Shown here one piece after another: positions 33,380 to 45,229 of a stretch of DNA of 64,000 nucleotides. The notes under the pieces were generated by a model. It had not been told where the DNA came from. It saw only the letters and a program-made list of their open reading frames with translations, and made no database searches. This DNA is from Prevotella sp. Lineage in GTDB: Bacteria > Bacteroidota > Bacteroidia > Bacteroidales > Dysgonomonadaceae. Position 1 is the stretch's first letter, and each line of letters opens with the position of its first letter. The stretch is taken from contig JAITVV010000093.1 in assembly GCA_031285625.1 (NCBI GenBank), forward strand, positions 1 to 64,000. Direction: 5' to 3'. A program made the translations under genes and the position numbers.

Positions 33380-36300
33380 ATGAAAAAGATTATAATTATT
33401 TTCTTTATTATATATCGTTGTTCCATCCTGTCAGCTCAAAATATTACAATCAATCCTATATCAATAAATGATCAGCTTCCATCTACTACTGTTCAGCGAA
33501 TATTTCAGGATAAAGGTGGTTTTATATGGTTTGGTACACCTGATGGTCTATGCCGTTATGACGGATACAGAATAATAGAGATGCGTTCCAAATTCAATAA
33601 GAACAACTTATTAAAAAGTAATGAGATTACATGTTTTACCGAAAGTGATGATTATTTGTGGATAGGAACTAAAGCCGGAATTAATATTATAAATAAAAGG
33701 AGTTATCAAATTATTCCTTTTAATGATGATCGGGTAAATAATGTAGAGATCAAATGTTTACTTACCACAACGGATGGTTATGTTTGGATAGGTGCTAATA
33801 ACCGTTTATTCAAATATGATTCGAAATTAAACTATATAAGAGATTATTCGGATGTAATTCCCATTCATGGTATTAATTCACTGTATGAGGATGTAGATAA
33901 AAATCTATGGGTAACAATCTGGGAAAATGGATTATATAAATATGATCTGGAGAAGGATACATTTCTCAGATATCCTTCTGTAGGAAATAAAAACAATCCT
34001 TTCAAAATATTTCAGGATAAACAAAGACGATACTGGATTTGTACATGGGGAGAAGGAGTCTTTCACTTTTATCCTGATATAGACAATGCAGGTAAATCAA
34101 TATATATTCATCAAAAAATACAGAATAAGGATGGAATAATTAAAGAAGACACATTTTTTAGTGTCGTTCAAGATGATAAATATGGGTACATCTGGTTTGT
34201 ATCGATATCTGGGATATATGCCTGCAAATATAGAAATGATAAAATATTGGAAGCTGCAAACCTTTCTCATCTATTCAAAGACTCAAACAATATTTTCAGT
34301 GAAATAATCAAAGACAATTCGGGAAACTTGTGGGTGGGTACATTTAGTGAAGGTGTATTAAATATCAATTTTGATATGCCTGTTATTAATAACTTTGCAC
34401 TTTCTTCAATCAAACAAAAGACAGGGATTACCCCCAATATTACTAAACTTTTTGTTGACAAAAAAGGAATTGTATGGGTTAATCAGAATCGTAAAGGTTT
34501 GGTTATTTTCAATGCATCTAATGGAAATATAAGCTATTATGAAGATATAGCAGCCTTAAAAGATATCACGGGGCTTAATGTTGTAAGTTGTATTTTGGGA
34601 TTAAGTCTTTATCCTGATAATATATGGATAGGATCTGAAAATGAGCCATCAATATATATAGTGAAAAGAGATAATACAGGTATCTCTGTAGAAAAAAAGA
34701 TTGATTTATCTGAAAATAGTGATTATTCGGGAAATCCACGAAAGTTTTATGAAGATAGCCGAAATAATATGTGGATTATTACAACCAATGGGCTATTTGT
34801 TAAACCAGTAAGAAAAGAAGAGGTTGAACATGTGAATTTTGACTTTGGATCAATAAGTGATATAACAGATGATGTAGATGGAAACATATGGATAAGCTCA
34901 AGAAATAAAGGTATTTATAAAATTAAACTGCAGGGAAATTCATCTGTGCAAAATGAACAGATTGTGAATTATACTACAGAATCGGGCTTAAATATTACTA
35001 ATATAGAAGCTATAGCTAGTGATAAAATAGGACAAATCTGGATTGGGACAAAACTTGGTAATATCGCATCATATGATGTTAAAAAGAATGAGTTTAAGGA
35101 AAAAACGGAGATAGTAGGAATGACAGGAGAAGCTATTCTAGATATTCTAGTCGATGATTACGGACATATCTGGATTTCGACTAATAAACGAGTAGTAGAA
35201 TATAATCCGGATAATAATGCTTCCAGATATTATACTTCGTCCGATGGAGTTCTGGTAAATGCTTTTGCTCAGGGATCTTATTTTAAAAATAGTTCCGGAG
35301 AAATATATTTTGGAGGAAATAAGGGCATCTCTGTGTTCCAATCATCAAATAAATTATCAGAAATACCTTTAAAAAAGAAGACGTTTATAACAGATGTTAA
35401 AATTAATAATAAATCGGTATTTGAGAGCGGTAATAATCAATTTGATGTTGTTGAGCAATCAATAATTCTAAATCCGAATGATAAAAATATAGAATTTGAC
35501 TTTTCATCATTAGACTATACTTTTCCTAATAAAATAAGATATGCCTATAAAATGGAAGGGGTCGATGATGACTGGATTTTCACTGAAGAAAAATATCAGT
35601 TTGCCATCTACAACCAATTAAAAAAAGGTAATTATACTTTTCTGATCAAGTCTACAGATGAAAACAGGTTGTGGAGCAGTGAAATTTCTAAAGTGAAAAT
35701 ATACAAACTACCAGCATTTTATGAAACCTGGTGGGCATATTGTATATATTTCATTCTTTTGTTAGGGATAGCATGGTTTGTTTATAAGACAATTAAAAAT
35801 CGTATCATATTGCGTAATAATCTGAAAATAGCACAGATAGAAAAAGAAAAATCAGAAGAATTAACTCAAACAAAACTCAAATATTTCACCAATATTTCAC
35901 ATGATTTTCTTACGCCCCTGACTATTTTATCTTGTTTGATTGATGATGCAGAAATAACATATAATGGTCAGATTAATCAATTTAGATCGATGCGGTCTAA
36001 TATTAATCGTTTGAAACGTTTGTTGCAGCAAGTTCTGGATTTTAGAAAAATAGAAAGTGGCAATATGAAACTTAAAGTTTCAAAAGGAGATATTGCAGTT
36101 TTTATTCAGGAATTATGCTTTAGTAGTTTTTTACCTTTGATGAGAAAGAAAAATATAGATTTCACATTTAACACATCTTCTCCCCATATCGAAGCTTACT
36201 TTGATGCAGATAAAGTAGATAAGATTATTTACAATTTATTGTCAAATGCCTGTAAATATACTTCTGAAAATGGTCTGGTTAAAATTGATTTATTGGAATC

Positions 36301-37411
36301 TGAAAATGATAATTGTGTAAAAATTAGGGTAAGCGATACAGGGGTTGGAGTTTCGACGGAAGATTTATCGAATATTTTTACACGTTTCTATTCTAATAAA
36401 ATAAATAAATCAAACGAATCTAATGGTATAGGCCTGAACCTTACTAAAGATTTGGTAGAAATTCATAAAGGAACTATATCTGCTGAGAGTGAAGTGGGTA
36501 AAGGCTCTGTATTTACAGTGACTATACCGATTGATATTAATAGTTATGATGAAGATGATATAGCCGATTTATCAATGATCCAAAAAAAGAGTATTGATAT
36601 ATTATCAAATACGATTATTGAAGAGGGATCTATGTCCTCAATAGAAACTGATATAAATATTTTATTAGTGGAAGACAATGAGGAACTCTTGCAACTGATG
36701 AAAAATATTTTAACTAAACATTATAATATTATAATATCACGTAATGGGCTGGAAGCATTAGAACTAGTTAAATGTAATAAAATAGATATTATAATTAGCG
36801 ATGTTATGATGCCTAAAATGGATGGTCTGGAACTTTGCCGGAAAATGAAAAAAAACATAGAAACCAGCCATATCCCTATAATCTTATTGACAGCAAAAAA
36901 TAATACCGAAGATCGTATCGAATGTTATAATGCCGGTGCGGATGGATATATTACAAAACCTTTCGACTTGAAAGTCCTGGAAGCTCGTATAAACAATTTT
37001 ATATCGACAAAAAAGAATCAGCAAAGAGAGTTTAGATCAGATATTAAAATTAATCTTTCCACGCTCGAATTCCCTTCCATTGATGAGCAATTTCTTAATA
37101 ATGCCATAAAAATCATTGAAGATAATTTATTGGAACCGGGTTTTGATGTTCTCATCTTCTCAAAAAAATTGAATATGTCCAAGTCTTCATTATATCGCAA
37201 ACTAAAGACAATGACCGGCTTGTCAGCGAACGATTTTATTCGCAATATAAGGTTGAAACGAGCTTGTGTATTGCTAAATAGTAAAACAGCATCTATATCA
37301 GAGATTGCATATTCTGTAGGGTTCTCAGATCCTAAATATTTTAGTCTGTGCTTTAAAAATGAATTTAATATGACTCCCTCTGAATTTCAAAAGAGAAGAT
37401 CAGCAACCTGA
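33380..37411 (+). CDS. Hybrid two-component system (beta-propeller sensor, Y_Y_Y, HK, REC, AraC)
   Basis: FTNISHDFLTPLT H-box, NLLSNA, GIGL, DVMMPKMDG, AraC VGFSDPKYFS; divergent from susC. Confidence 0.95.
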   Translation: MKKIIIIFFIIYRCSILSAQNITINPISINDQLPSTTVQRIFQDKGGFIWFGTPDGLCRYDGYRIIEMRSKFNKNNLLKSNEITCFTESDDYLWIGTKAGINIINKRSYQIIPFNDDRVNNVEIKCLLTTTDGYVWIGANNRLFKYDSKLNYIRDYSDVIPIHGINSLYEDVDKNLWVTIWENGLYKYDLEKDTFLRYPSVGNKNNPFKIFQDKQRRYWICTWGEGVFHFYPDIDNAGKSIYIHQKIQNKDGIIKEDTFFSVVQDDKYGYIWFVSISGIYACKYRNDKILEAANLSHLFKDSNNIFSEIIKDNSGNLWVGTFSEGVLNINFDMPVINNFALSSIKQKTGITPNITKLFVDKKGIVWVNQNRKGLVIFNASNGNISYYEDIAALKDITGLNVVSCILGLSLYPDNIWIGSENEPSIYIVKRDNTGISVEKKIDLSENSDYSGNPRKFYEDSRNNMWIITTNGLFVKPVRKEEVEHVNFDFGSISDITDDVDGNIWISSRNKGIYKIKLQGNSSVQNEQIVNYTTESGLNITNIEAIASDKIGQIWIGTKLGNIASYDVKKNEFKEKTEIVGMTGEAILDILVDDYGHIWISTNKRVVEYNPDNNASRYYTSSDGVLVNAFAQGSYFKNSSGEIYFGGNKGISVFQSSNKLSEIPLKKKTFITDVKINNKSVFESGNNQFDVVEQSIILNPNDKNIEFDFSSLDYTFPNKIRYAYKMEGVDDDWIFTEEKYQFAIYNQLKKGNYTFLIKSTDENRLWSSEISKVKIYKLPAFYETWWAYCIYFILLLGIAWFVYKTIKNRIILRNNLKIAQIEKEKSEELTQTKLKYFTNISHDFLTPLTILSCLIDDAEITYNGQINQFRSMRSNINRLKRLLQQVLDFRKIESGNMKLKVSKGDIAVFIQELCFSSFLPLMRKKNIDFTFNTSSPHIEAYFDADKVDKIIYNLLSNACKYTSENGLVKIDLLESENDNCVKIRVSDTGVGVSTEDLSNIFTRFYSNKINKSNESNGIGLNLTKDLVEIHKGTISAESEVGKGSVFTVTIPIDINSYDEDDIADLSMIQKKSIDILSNTIIEEGSMSSIETDINILLVEDNEELLQLMKNILTKHYNIIISRNGLEALELVKCNKIDIIISDVMMPKMDGLELCRKMKKNIETSHIPIILLTAKNNTEDRIECYNAGADGYITKPFDLKVLEARINNFISTKKNQQREFRSDIKINLSTLEFPSIDEQFLNNAIKIIEDNLLEPGFDVLIFSKKLNMSKSSLYRKLKTMTGLSANDFIRNIRLKRACVLLNSKTASISEIAYSVGFSDPKYFSLCFKNEFNMTPSEFQKRRSAT

Positions 37412-37427
37412 TATAAATGGTTGTTTC

Positions 37428-37697
37428 TTAGAATATTCCTATAAATTGGTCTTCAAGCCAGACCATCAGTATTATTAAGGCTGTAAATAATAACAAAATG
37501 ACGATGATCTTTATTGTCTCCCATTTATTTCTGAGCCATTTGAAATATCGAAAGACTAGTGGTAATTTCCACCGATCTGAGGCTGAGAATGATAATCCCA
37601 ATATAAAATTAAGAATGAAAGGCATTATTAAAAGCAGAATGATTATACCAACAACGCCCAATACTTTAACAAGAATAGATGTACTAAATAGGATCAT
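37428..37697 (-). CDS. Small 2-TM hypothetical membrane protein
   Basis: 89 aa with two hydrophobic helices. Confidence 0.5.
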   Translation of the reverse strand: MILFSTSILVKVLGVVGIIILLLIMPFILNFILGLSFSASDRWKLPLVFRYFKWLRNKWETIKIIVILLLFTALIILMVWLEDQFIGIF

Positions 37698-37888
37698 TAA
37701 ATTATGTTTGTGTCTAAGAAATTGAAACTTGAGACAGTAAAGTTAGTAAAAGATAAGAAAATATCTTTGTAAGAATTCATAAATGTTAAAATAGAGTTGA
37801 TGTATAGCTTTTTAGTTATTAAATTATATATTTTTATATGATAATAGGTAATAAATAGATTAGATATTGCAAAATTAATTTCTTTTAT

Positions 37889-37896
37889 TATCTTTG
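37889..37896 (+). promoter_or_regulatory. -7 promoter box for rho (about 260-nt leader)
   Basis: TATCTTTG. Confidence 0.55.
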
Positions 37897-38159
37897 CACG
37901 AGTTTTGCACGGAACTGTTTAATTTTTATTTACAGTACAAGAAAATCAGAGAAGGAATTCCTTCAAAGTATAAAGGTTTTGCTAATAGGGTTAAACTCTT
38001 TAAAGAACCGATAGAACAAACTATTAGACCTTAGATAATAACCTTTAATTATTATCTTCTTTTAATATTAGATCCATAAAATATTATATAAGTTTAATTA
38101 CAAGGCTTTGCCCTATTCATGTGAATTTCATAAATCAATATAATTAATATAGATATACA

Positions 38160-40010
38160 ATGCGTATATACAACATTCTTGAGCTTAATGAAAAGCTCAC
38201 AATAGAACTAAGAACTATCGCTAAAGAACTTGGCATAAGACGCCCAGATGCCTATAAGAAAGATGAGTTAATCTACAAAATCCTTGATGAACAAGCTATC
38301 TTAGAAGCTAAAAACAAAAACTCTGAAAGCTATCAGAGTGAAGATAGAATAGAACAACAGCAGAAAAAATCTTATTCTGCAAAGAATAAGCAGGAAAAAC
38401 AAAAAAATACACCTCCTGCAAAAAAACAAACAACACCAGCACCAGCGACTACTGTAGCTCCTAAAGCTAAAGAAGCTGAAGTTAAGCCTAAAGCTCCAGA
38501 GGTAAAAAAAGAAGTTAAAGCAGAAGCTCCAGTAGAGGTTAAAGCTGATACACCGACTCCAACAGAGAAAAAAGCTCAAAAAGAGATCGTTGTAAAGAAA
38601 CCGAATACAGAAGAAAAAGAAATTAAACCAGCAGCTGATATAAAGCAACAACCTACAGTTGTGAAACCAACTCAGTTGGTATTTCGTTCCAATAAGGTAC
38701 GCGAGCCACAACCGGAAGAAACAGTGCCTGGACTACCTTTGCTATCTCCATTAGAAGTTGATTCGGAAGTTACTCCTGTAGAGGTAGCTCCGGAACCCCA
38801 GCCTAAAGCGCCTAAAGCTCAGCATCAGAATAATCAAAATCAGAACCATAACCAGAAGCAAAACAATCAATCTCAGGAGAAACCTTTTGATTTTGAAGGT
38901 ATTCTGTCTGCAACAGGAGTTCTTGAGATAATGCAGGAAGGCTATGGTTTCTTACGTTCATCTGATTATAATTACATGTCATCGCCAGATGATATTTATA
39001 TATCTCAGTCACAGATTCGTTTGTTTGGTCTGAAAACGGGCGACATCGTAGAAGGTCCGATCCGTCCGCCAAAAGAATCGGAGAAGTTTTTCCCATTAGT
39101 AAAGGTTGACAGAATCAATGGGCGCACTCCGGATGAGGTTCGCGACCGTGTTCCATTTGATCACTTAAAACCTTTATTCCCCGATGAGAAATTTAAATTA
39201 ACAAAAGGTAGGAATGACAGCCTTTCCAGCCGTGTTGTCGATTTATTTTCTCCAATTGGTAAAGGACAACGTGGGCTTATTGTTGCTCAACCTAAAACAG
39301 GTAAAACAACATTGCTGAAAGATATAGCAAATGCCATAGCAAGTAATCATCCTGAAGTATATATGATTGTACTTCTTATAGATGAACGTCCTGAAGAGGT
39401 TACAGATATGGAGCGTAGTGTAAATGCGGAAGTTATTGCTTCTACATTTGATGAACCGGCAGATCGTCATGTGAAAATAGCGGAAATTGTTTTGAATAAA
39501 GCTAAACGTATGGTAGAATGCGGACATGACGTTGTTATATTGCTTGACTCAATAACACGTCTTGCCCGTGCATATAATACAGTACAACCTGCATCAGGAA
39601 AGGTGCTTACGGGTGGGGTAGATGCTAATGCATTACATAAGCCTAAACGTTTCTTTGGTGCTGCCCGTAATATTGAGAACGGAGGTTCGCTTACAATAAT
39701 AGCTACAGCATTGACCGAAACAGGTTCTAAAATGGATGATGTTATCTTTGAAGAATTTAAAGGTACCGGTAATATGGAGCTTCAGCTTGACCGTAAACTG
39801 TCGAACAAACGCATATTCCCTGCAGTGGATATTATTGCTTCAAGTACGCGTCGCGATGACTTGTTGCTTGACAATGATACGCTTAGCAGAATGTGGGTTC
39901 TGCGTAATTTCTTATCGGATATGAATTCGGTAGAAGCTATGCAATTCCTTGAAAGCAGATTAAGGAAAACTGTAAATAATGAAGAATTCCTTATTTCGAT
40001 GAATGACTAA
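38160..40010 (+). CDS. rho: Transcription termination factor Rho with long low-complexity N-terminal insertion
   Basis: [60 protein letters not shown]. Confidence 0.97.
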   Translation: MRIYNILELNEKLTIELRTIAKELGIRRPDAYKKDELIYKILDEQAILEAKNKNSESYQSEDRIEQQQKKSYSAKNKQEKQKNTPPAKKQTTPAPATTVAPKAKEAEVKPKAPEVKKEVKAEAPVEVKADTPTPTEKKAQKEIVVKKPNTEEKEIKPAADIKQQPTVVKPTQLVFRSNKVREPQPEETVPGLPLLSPLEVDSEVTPVEVAPEPQPKAPKAQHQNNQNQNHNQKQNNQSQEKPFDFEGILSATGVLEIMQEGYGFLRSSDYNYMSSPDDIYISQSQIRLFGLKTGDIVEGPIRPPKESEKFFPLVKVDRINGRTPDEVRDRVPFDHLKPLFPDEKFKLTKGRNDSLSSRVVDLFSPIGKGQRGLIVAQPKTGKTTLLKDIANAIASNHPEVYMIVLLIDERPEEVTDMERSVNAEVIASTFDEPADRHVKIAEIVLNKAKRMVECGHDVVILLDSITRLARAYNTVQPASGKVLTGGVDANALHKPKRFFGAARNIENGGSLTIIATALTETGSKMDDVIFEEFKGTGNMELQLDRKLSNKRIFPAVDIIASSTRRDDLLLDNDTLSRMWVLRNFLSDMNSVEAMQFLESRLRKTVNNEEFLISMND

Positions 40011-40041
40011 TTAACGAGAATTTAGTATTTTACATATTGAT

Positions 40042-40079
40042 AGCAAGGGAAAAAGTTATAACTTTACCCTTGCTTTTTA
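40042..40079 (+). terminator. Intrinsic terminator after rho
   Basis: AGCAAGGG..CCCTTGCT followed by a T-run. Confidence 0.75.
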
Positions 40080-40106
40080 TTTTTAATAATTCTAAATAAT
40101 AATCTC

Positions 40107-41048
40107 ATGGGAAATAGTCATGACGATCATAAAAATGGTCATGAACACTCACATGGACATAATCATAATCATGTTCATAATGCCAATAAAAAGGCATTAA
40201 CTATCAGCTTCTTCCTTATAGCTGGATTCATGTTTGTTGAATTTATCGGAGGGTACTTGACAAATAGTTTAGCTTTGATCTCTGATGCAGGGCATATGTT
40301 AAGTGATGCTGTTGCGTTAGGTTTGAGTCTTAGTGCATTAATATTCGGAGCAAGAGCCGCTACTTCTTCCAAAACATATGGTTATAAACGCTTTGAAATA
40401 CTTGCAGCCTTACTAAATGGAATTGTGCTTGTATTATTGTCTATATTCATATTTAAGGAGGCTATCGAGCGATTGTCATCTCCTCCACATGTTATCGGAA
40501 GGGGAATGATGATTATCTCTATTGTTGGACTGGTAATCAATATTATAGTGGCATATATTCTGCATTCTCAGGGATCTACAAAAGAAAATTTGAATGTGAG
40601 AAGTGCTTTTTTGCATGTAATCGGTGATTTGCTTGGTTCTGTAGGTGCAATTATCGCTGCTATATTAATTATGCTATTCGGTTGGTATATTGCAGACCCT
40701 ATAGCAAGTATGATTGTCTCCTTACTGGTATTGTATAGCGGTTGGAATGTACTTAAAGAATCCGTAAATATTCTGATGGAAGCCAAGCCTTCTAATATTG
40801 ATTCGGAGCAGGTAATAAGTATCTTAAAGTCTATAGATGGGGTAGAGGATATCCATGACTTACATATATGGATGATTACATCTGATTTTTCAGTTATGAC
40901 CGTTCATCTGAAAGTAAGGACAGAGTCGGATAGAGACATAATACTGGAAAAAGCTAAACGATCAATAAGTAAGGAATTTGGAATTAAACATGTTACTATT
41001 CAATTGGAGGGACGCGATATATGCCCTTATGAGGAAACATGTAATTAG
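40107..41048 (+). CDS. czcD: CDF family Zn/Co/Cd efflux transporter (CzcD/ZitB)
   Basis: His-rich N-terminus, SLALISDAGHMLSD, TYGYKRFE, NVRSAFLHVIGD, IHDLHIW. Confidence 0.9.
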   Translation: MGNSHDDHKNGHEHSHGHNHNHVHNANKKALTISFFLIAGFMFVEFIGGYLTNSLALISDAGHMLSDAVALGLSLSALIFGARAATSSKTYGYKRFEILAALLNGIVLVLLSIFIFKEAIERLSSPPHVIGRGMMIISIVGLVINIIVAYILHSQGSTKENLNVRSAFLHVIGDLLGSVGAIIAAILIMLFGWYIADPIASMIVSLLVLYSGWNVLKESVNILMEAKPSNIDSEQVISILKSIDGVEDIHDLHIWMITSDFSVMTVHLKVRTESDRDIILEKAKRSISKEFGIKHVTIQLEGRDICPYEETCN

Positions 41049-41203
41049 TTTCAATCTTATTTGTTTATTGAAAGGTAGAATAAAAGATAGCTTTGAACCT
41101 ATTTTTTTGGCTATAATTTATTACTCAAAAATTATATTAAAAACGCCCAGTAATAACAATAGTTTTTATACCTTTGTATCCCTAAAATACGCATAAACAC
41201 ACT

Positions 41204-42727
41204 ATGTTATCAGAGAAAAAAATAAAAACAGCTTTAGTTTCGGTTTATCACAAGGATGGATTGGATGAAATTTTAAAAAAATTAAATGAGTTAGGTGTTC
41301 GCTTTATTTCAACAGGAGGAACAAGGAATTTTATTGAATCACTAGGCTTTGCCTGTGATGCAGTAGAGGATACTACCGGTTATCCTTCTATCTTGGGTGG
41401 ACGCGTTAAAACATTACATCCTAAGATCTTTGGAGGTATTCTTTGCCGTAGAGAATTACCAGAAGATATGAAACAGATTAAAGCTTATGATATACATGAA
41501 ATAGATTTGGTTATTGTCGATTTATATCCGTTCGAGGAGACTGTTGCGTCTGGTGCTAACGAGCAGGATATTATTGAAAAAATAGATATAGGTGGAATAT
41601 CGCTTATTCGTGCAGCTGCTAAGAATTTCAAAGATGTAATGATTGTTGCATCTAAGAATCAGTATCAGCCATTGATGAACTTATTGGAGGCCAAAGGTGG
41701 TAAATCAGATATAGCAGACCGTAAATATTTTGCGAAAGAAGCATTTTCAGTTTCGTCTTCATATGATACTGCAATCTTCAATTATATGGATAATAATGAA
41801 GGATCAGCTTTCCGTTATGCAGAAGATAATGCAATGCATTTGAGATATGGAGAAAACCCTCACCAAAAAGGTACTTTCTATGGTGATTTCAATGCAATGT
41901 TTGATCAATTGCACGGTCGTGAAATTTCATATAATAACTTATTGGATATAGAAGCAGCTGTAAGTCTTATCAGCGAATTTGATGAAACAACAGTAGCTAT
42001 ATTGAAGCACAATAACGCATGCGGTATTGCTTCCCGTTCTACTGTGGTTGAAGCGTGGAAAGATGCTTTGGCCGCTGATCCGGTATCTGCTTTTGGTGGA
42101 ATTATTGTAAGCAATAAAAAAATAGACAAAGTTGCTGCTGAAGAGATAAATAATATCTTCTTCGAGATTATAATTGCTCCGGAATATGATAAAGAAGCTT
42201 TAGATATCTTAGGACAGAAGAAAAATCGTATAATACTTGTACAAAAGCAACCATTGGCAGGGGATAAACAATTCCGCTCTTTGTTGAATGGGGTTTTGGT
42301 ACAGGATAAGGATTTAAGCATACAAACAGCCTCAGACCTGAAATTGGTAACAAACAGACCATTGGAAGGAACCGAAGAAGAAGACCTTCTTTTTGCAAAT
42401 AAGTTAGTAAAGCATACAAAATCGAATGCTATTATTCTGGTAAAGAATAAGCAACTTTGTGCTGGCGGTACAGGTCAGACTTCGCGGGTAGATGCATTAA
42501 AACAAGCTATAGAAAAGGCTGATACATTTGGCTTTAGTCTTAAAGGGGCAGTTATGGCTTCCGATGCATTTTTCCCTTTCCCTGACTGTGTCGAAATAGC
42601 GGGGAATGCTGGTATTACCGCAGTGGTTCAGCCTGGAGGATCTGTTAAGGACAATCTGTCGGTAGAATATTGTAACGAACATAATATTTCTATGGTAATG
42701 ACAGGGATACGTCATTTTAAACATTAA
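41204..42727 (+). CDS. purH: Bifunctional AICAR transformylase/IMP cyclohydrolase
   Basis: STGGT, GRVKTLHP, IDIGG, LRYGENPHQ, ASDAFFPF, QPGGS, RHFKH; TACCTTTG box at 41169-41176. Confidence 0.97.
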   Translation: MLSEKKIKTALVSVYHKDGLDEILKKLNELGVRFISTGGTRNFIESLGFACDAVEDTTGYPSILGGRVKTLHPKIFGGILCRRELPEDMKQIKAYDIHEIDLVIVDLYPFEETVASGANEQDIIEKIDIGGISLIRAAAKNFKDVMIVASKNQYQPLMNLLEAKGGKSDIADRKYFAKEAFSVSSSYDTAIFNYMDNNEGSAFRYAEDNAMHLRYGENPHQKGTFYGDFNAMFDQLHGREISYNNLLDIEAAVSLISEFDETTVAILKHNNACGIASRSTVVEAWKDALAADPVSAFGGIIVSNKKIDKVAAEEINNIFFEIIIAPEYDKEALDILGQKKNRIILVQKQPLAGDKQFRSLLNGVLVQDKDLSIQTASDLKLVTNRPLEGTEEEDLLFANKLVKHTKSNAIILVKNKQLCAGGTGQTSRVDALKQAIEKADTFGFSLKGAVMASDAFFPFPDCVEIAGNAGITAVVQPGGSVKDNLSVEYCNEHNISMVMTGIRHFKH

Positions 42728-42763
42728 TGAATTGTAGGAAAATCAAAATATAAAGAATTTGAC

Positions 42764-43789
42764 ATGGGATTATTCTCTTTTACTCAAGAAATAGCGATGG
42801 ATCTTGGCACAGCCAATACTATCATAATCCACAGCGACCGAATCGTTGTGGACCAGCCATCTGTGGTGGCTTTAGAACGTAAGACCGGAAAAGTAATAGC
42901 TGTAGGTGAACAGGCACGGCAGATGCATGGTAAAACCCATGAGGATATCCGTACTATCAGACCATTGAAAGATGGGGTTATTGCTGACTTTACTGCTGCG
43001 GAGCAAATGATTCGCGGTTTGATTAAAATGTTTAATAACAAGAGCCGTTTGTTCTCCCCGTCATTACGTATTGTGATCTGTATTCCATCAGGTAGTACCG
43101 AAGTAGAAACCCGTGCAATCCGCGACTCTGCAGAGCATGCAGGAGGACGTGATGTATATATGATCTATGAACCTATGGCTGCTGCTCTGGGTATAGGCTT
43201 GGATGTGGAAGCACCCGAAGGAAACATGATCGTTGATATAGGCGGTGGTACAACAGAGATTGCTGTAATCTCGCTTGGTGGTATTGTCTCCAACAAATCT
43301 ATTAAGATTGCGGGTGATGACCTTACTGAAGATATTCAGGAATATATGGGACGTCAACACAATATCAAAGTAGGAGAGAGGACAGCTGAAAATATTAAGA
43401 TTGCTGTAGGTGCAGCTTTGACCGAATTACCGGAAGAAGATATACCGGAAGATTTTATCGTACATGGTCCGAACAGAATGACTTCTTTGCCAATGGATAT
43501 TCCTGTTTCCTATCAGGAAATGGCCCATTGCCTGGATAAATCCATATCTAAAATGGATTCTGCTATTTTAAGTGCTTTGGAGCAAACTCCTCCGGAGCTG
43601 TATGCTGATATTGTTCGTAATGGTATTTACCTTACAGGGGGCGGTGCTTTGTTGAGAGGATTAAGCAAACGTTTCTCAGACAGAATCGGTATTACATTCC
43701 ATGTGGCAGAAGATCCATTGCATGCAGTGGCTAAAGGAACCGGTATAGCTCTTAAGAATATCGAGAAATTTAATTTCTTAATGAGATAA
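42764..43789 (+). CDS. mreB: Rod shape-determining protein MreB
   Basis: DLGTANT, RPLKDGVIADF, EPMAAA, VDIGGGTTE, TGGGALL. Confidence 0.97.
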   Translation: MGLFSFTQEIAMDLGTANTIIIHSDRIVVDQPSVVALERKTGKVIAVGEQARQMHGKTHEDIRTIRPLKDGVIADFTAAEQMIRGLIKMFNNKSRLFSPSLRIVICIPSGSTEVETRAIRDSAEHAGGRDVYMIYEPMAAALGIGLDVEAPEGNMIVDIGGGTTEIAVISLGGIVSNKSIKIAGDDLTEDIQEYMGRQHNIKVGERTAENIKIAVGAALTELPEEDIPEDFIVHGPNRMTSLPMDIPVSYQEMAHCLDKSISKMDSAILSALEQTPPELYADIVRNGIYLTGGGALLRGLSKRFSDRIGITFHVAEDPLHAVAKGTGIALKNIEKFNFLMR

Positions 43790-43857
43790 ATTAAATAAAG
43801 ACCTCTTTAACAATAACCACAAACTGTATAGTTATTAATATAGATAATTACAGATAA

Positions 43858-44715
43858 ATGCATAATCTGATAAATTTTTTGAGAAGGAATATATACTGGT
43901 TTGTATTTATTTTTCTTGAAATCATCTGTTTTTATTTTATATTCAGTACAAACTCTTTTCAAAAGAGTGTGTTTTTTAACTCTTCCAATGAAATAACCGG
44001 AAGAGTTTATGCTATATCGGGTAGTTTCCTTTCATATTTTGGCCTCAAAACTGAAAACCAGGATTTGTTAATAAGGAATGCCGAGTTACATTCACAGATT
44101 TCTGAACTCAAAGATTATATCTATAATCTGGAGAATGATTCTATGAAAACGGAAGCTTTCCTAAACGATTCTACAAGATTTCAAAAGAAGCATAACTATA
44201 TAAAAGCACGGGTTGAAAATAATACGATATCACAAGTTTATAACTTTATTACTATAAATAAAGGGAAAAACGATGGTGTGAAACTGGATATGGGAGTTAT
44301 CTCACAGCAGGGAATTGTTGGTGTTGTTAGGGATATTACTCCAAATTATGCAGTTATTCAGCCTGTTCTGAACCCGCATAGCCGGTTTAGCTGTAAGATA
44401 TTGAATTCAAATACGGCAGGTACCCTTATATGGGAAGGTGGAGATCCACGTTATGCAAATCTGACGGAATATCCGAAATATGAAAAAGTCGAAAAAGGTG
44501 ATACGATAGTTACCAGTGGCTTTTCCGATATTTTTCCTGAAGGAATATTTGTAGGAGTAATAGAAGACTTTAAAAGTGAAGTCAATGATAACTTTTATAG
44601 CCTCAAAGTTAAATTATCCACAGATTTTGGAGCATTGAAGAGTGTTTTATTACTTGCAGGAAAAGATCAAGAGATAAAAGAATTAGAATCAAAAGTACGA
44701 AATGCTCAAAAGTAG
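43858..44715 (+). CDS. mreC: Rod shape-determining protein MreC
   Basis: N-terminal TM, coiled coil, ITINKG..DGV, GDTIVTSG, FPEGI.VG. Confidence 0.93.
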   Translation: MHNLINFLRRNIYWFVFIFLEIICFYFIFSTNSFQKSVFFNSSNEITGRVYAISGSFLSYFGLKTENQDLLIRNAELHSQISELKDYIYNLENDSMKTEAFLNDSTRFQKKHNYIKARVENNTISQVYNFITINKGKNDGVKLDMGVISQQGIVGVVRDITPNYAVIQPVLNPHSRFSCKILNSNTAGTLIWEGGDPRYANLTEYPKYEKVEKGDTIVTSGFSDIFPEGIFVGVIEDFKSEVNDNFYSLKVKLSTDFGALKSVLLLAGKDQEIKELESKVRNAQK

Positions 44716-45229
44716 TTATATTAAATACATCATAATGTTTATCTTACTTGTACTGTTACAAGTATTAGTACTCAACCGGATTTCTATATTTGGCTATGGT
44801 GTACCTTTTGTATATATCTATTTTGTTCTTAAATTACCAATTGGTATTAATAGAAGTGTTACTATCTTGTTGAGTTTCCTTATAGGGCTTATTGTCGATA
44901 TCTTCTGTAATACACCGGGAATAAATGCTGCAGCAACTACATTGATCGGTTTACTGTGCCGGCCTATACAAAGCTTGTTTTTTATGGTGGATGACTACGA
45001 TGACCAAACGCCAGGCTTGTCTTTGCTAGGTGGAGCATTTGCCAAATATGCTATTTTGATGACTATCATCCATCATATAGTACTTATTTCCATCGAATCA
45101 TTTTCATATTTCAACCCTCAAATACTTTTGTCACGAATAGGTCTGTCTACATTGCTAACATTGGTATTGATCTTTGCGTTTGAAGGATTCTCTTTAAAGA
45201 AGAAAAGCTCATGGCAAAAGACAGCGTAG
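44702..45229 (+). CDS. mreD: Rod shape-determining protein MreD
   Basis: Hydrophobic, GLIVDIF.NTPG; operon position. Confidence 0.9.
   Translation: MLKSSYIKYIIMFILLVLLQVLVLNRISIFGYGVPFVYIYFVLKLPIGINRSVTILLSFLIGLIVDIFCNTPGINAAATTLIGLLCRPIQSLFFMVDDYDDQTPGLSLLGGAFAKYAILMTIIHHIVLISIESFSYFNPQILLSRIGLSTLLTLVLIFAFEGFSLKKKSSWQKTA

Noticed and set aside
40107-40185. His-rich repeat at the CDF N-terminus
   Set aside because: Common metal-binding tail of CzcD/ZitB.
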